DNA of 64,000 nucleotides from contig CAWETI010000003.1 of the NCBI GenBank assembly GCA_963812015.1, positions 64,001-128,000 of the forward strand, in the 5' to 3' direction. The notes beneath the pieces were generated by a model. The model was given only the letters and a program-made list of their open reading frames with translations. It did not search any database and was not told the origin of the DNA. Shown piece by piece: positions 62,719-64,000 of the stretch (within the stretch, counting starts at the first letter, position 1; the number at the start of each line of letters is the position of its first letter). This DNA is from an uncultured delta proteobacterium (lineage in GTDB: Bacteria > Desulfobacterota > Desulfobaccia > Desulfobaccales > 0-14-0-80-60-11). The position numbers and the translations under genes are program-made.

Positions 62719-63717
62719 ATGTCCCATCCCATCCTGGAACGCCATCTGGAACGTGGCACCGTGAAGCCTCTCTATCTCTTTTATGGGGATGAGGAGTTCC
62801 TCATGAACCGGGCCCTGGCGCGCCTGGAGGCGGGACTGACGGACCGGGCCGGGGAGCCCCCCACCAAAGTGGTCCGGGAGGCCAATGAGGTGGGGCTGCC
62901 GGAGTTTTTGGCGGAGTCCCGGGTGGCCACACTGTGGGGACCGGGGCAGTTGCTCATCCTGCGCCGGGTGGATCTCTACCCCGGGGACCAGCTTAAAGTC
63001 CTCACCGCCTATCTGGACCACCCCGCGCCCCGGGTCTGGATGGTGTTCCTGGCCGAAGGCTTGAAGGCTCGGGAGGTGGAGAAGCATGCGGTATGGGGGC
63101 GGCTGGCCCGGGAGGAGGCGGCCCTGGGGTTTTATCGCCTCCGGGAAGGGGAGCTGTACCAGTGGCTGACTCGGGAGGCCCGTAGCCGGGGGAAGAACCT
63201 GGCGTTGGCGGCGGCCCAGCGGCTGGTGGAGATGGTGGGCGACAATCTGGCGGAATTGAGCCAGGAGTTGGAAAAACTGGTCCTCTTTGCCGGGTCGGAA
63301 AACACCCTCACCCCCGCCCTGGTAACCCAGTTGGCCAGCCACAGCCGTACCTACAACATCTTTGCCCTGGTGGACGCCCTGGGGGTGCCCGGTTTCCACC
63401 AGCGCCTGGCGTCCCTGGGTCACCTGTTGGACCTGGGTGAGCCCCCGGCCAAAATATTGGGGATGCTGGCCCGGCAGGTGCGGATGCTTATCCGGGTGAA
63501 GGAAGGCTCGGGGGACAACCCGGCGGAGCTGGCCCGGAGCCTCAATCTGCCCCAGGGGGTGGTCAAGCGTTTGGCGCAGCAGGCGGCCCGCTTCAGCGAC
63601 GAGGCCCTCAAAACCCACCTGACCGTGCTGCACCAGGTGGACTTTCATCTCAAGACCAGCACCGGCAATCCCCGGCTCTGGCTGGAGTGGGCTCTTGTCA
63701 AGATGGGCCCGGGATAA
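62719..63717 (+). CDS. holA: DNA polymerase III delta subunit
   Basis: PLYLFYGDEEFL, ELEKL, NIFALVDAL, VDFHLKTS; follows leuS-lptE. Confidence 0.9.
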   Translation: MSHPILERHLERGTVKPLYLFYGDEEFLMNRALARLEAGLTDRAGEPPTKVVREANEVGLPEFLAESRVATLWGPGQLLILRRVDLYPGDQLKVLTAYLDHPAPRVWMVFLAEGLKAREVEKHAVWGRLAREEAALGFYRLREGELYQWLTREARSRGKNLALAAAQRLVEMVGDNLAELSQELEKLVLFAGSENTLTPALVTQLASHSRTYNIFALVDALGVPGFHQRLASLGHLLDLGEPPAKILGMLARQVRMLIRVKEGSGDNPAELARSLNLPQGVVKRLAQQAARFSDEALKTHLTVLHQVDFHLKTSTGNPRLWLEWALVKMGPG

Positions 63718-64000
63718 GATGCAAGACCTCTCTGGGGGGCGCACCCGGCACTCGGGTGTCGTCCGTAATACCTAATCACCATCGGACCGGTGGCATGGGC
63801 GTCCCGCCTTTGCCCGGGCAAGATAAAGCCCGACGTCGAACATAATGAAAAAGGAGGAAGACTATATTTCCAAAATTTACGGTTTCCTGGTTGTCTTTTG
63901 AATCAATAATTGCTGTAAAAGAGGTTTTAATTTATCTTTAATAAATTCTGCTGCTTTTATTGATCCTACATTGTTGTAATGAATCACATCGTAGATATAT

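Overview
GC-rich chromosomal segment from an anaerobic Desulfobacterota-like (deltaproteobacterial) organism; the taxonomy is inferred from gene content. Housekeeping genes include clpB, kdsB, pyrF/pyrD, rlmD, leuS-lptE-holA and a cobB sirtuin. Signalling genes include two multi-PAS HisKA_3 kinases, a NarL-type regulator and a CHASE2 nucleotide cyclase. The window also holds a biotin carboxyltransferase cluster, a tupABC tungstate transporter wrapped around a signal-less PsrA/PhsA-like molybdopterin enzyme, and hpnN-hpnM. The most notable parts are four. (i) A sigma54-driven operon tusA-mvhD-hdrA-hdrA-wHTH-hdrC-CCG-dsrE with an adjacent Cys-rich PAS enhancer-binding protein, a candidate sulfur-carrier-linked Hdr system. 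(ii) Two AT-rich insertions flanking clpB, a wHTH + HEPN-like pair and a stand-alone SIR2 protein, both candidate anti-phage modules. (iii) A Tat-exported aldo/keto reductase-DUF362-NapGH-like redox operon. (iv) Many REP/MITE-like palindromes, including elements with related terminal repeats but different cargo. Two genes carry single-base frameshifts in short homopolymers, possibly sequencing errors. I recognised no CRISPR array, rRNA or tRNA. All family assignments come from motif recognition by eye, not database searches.
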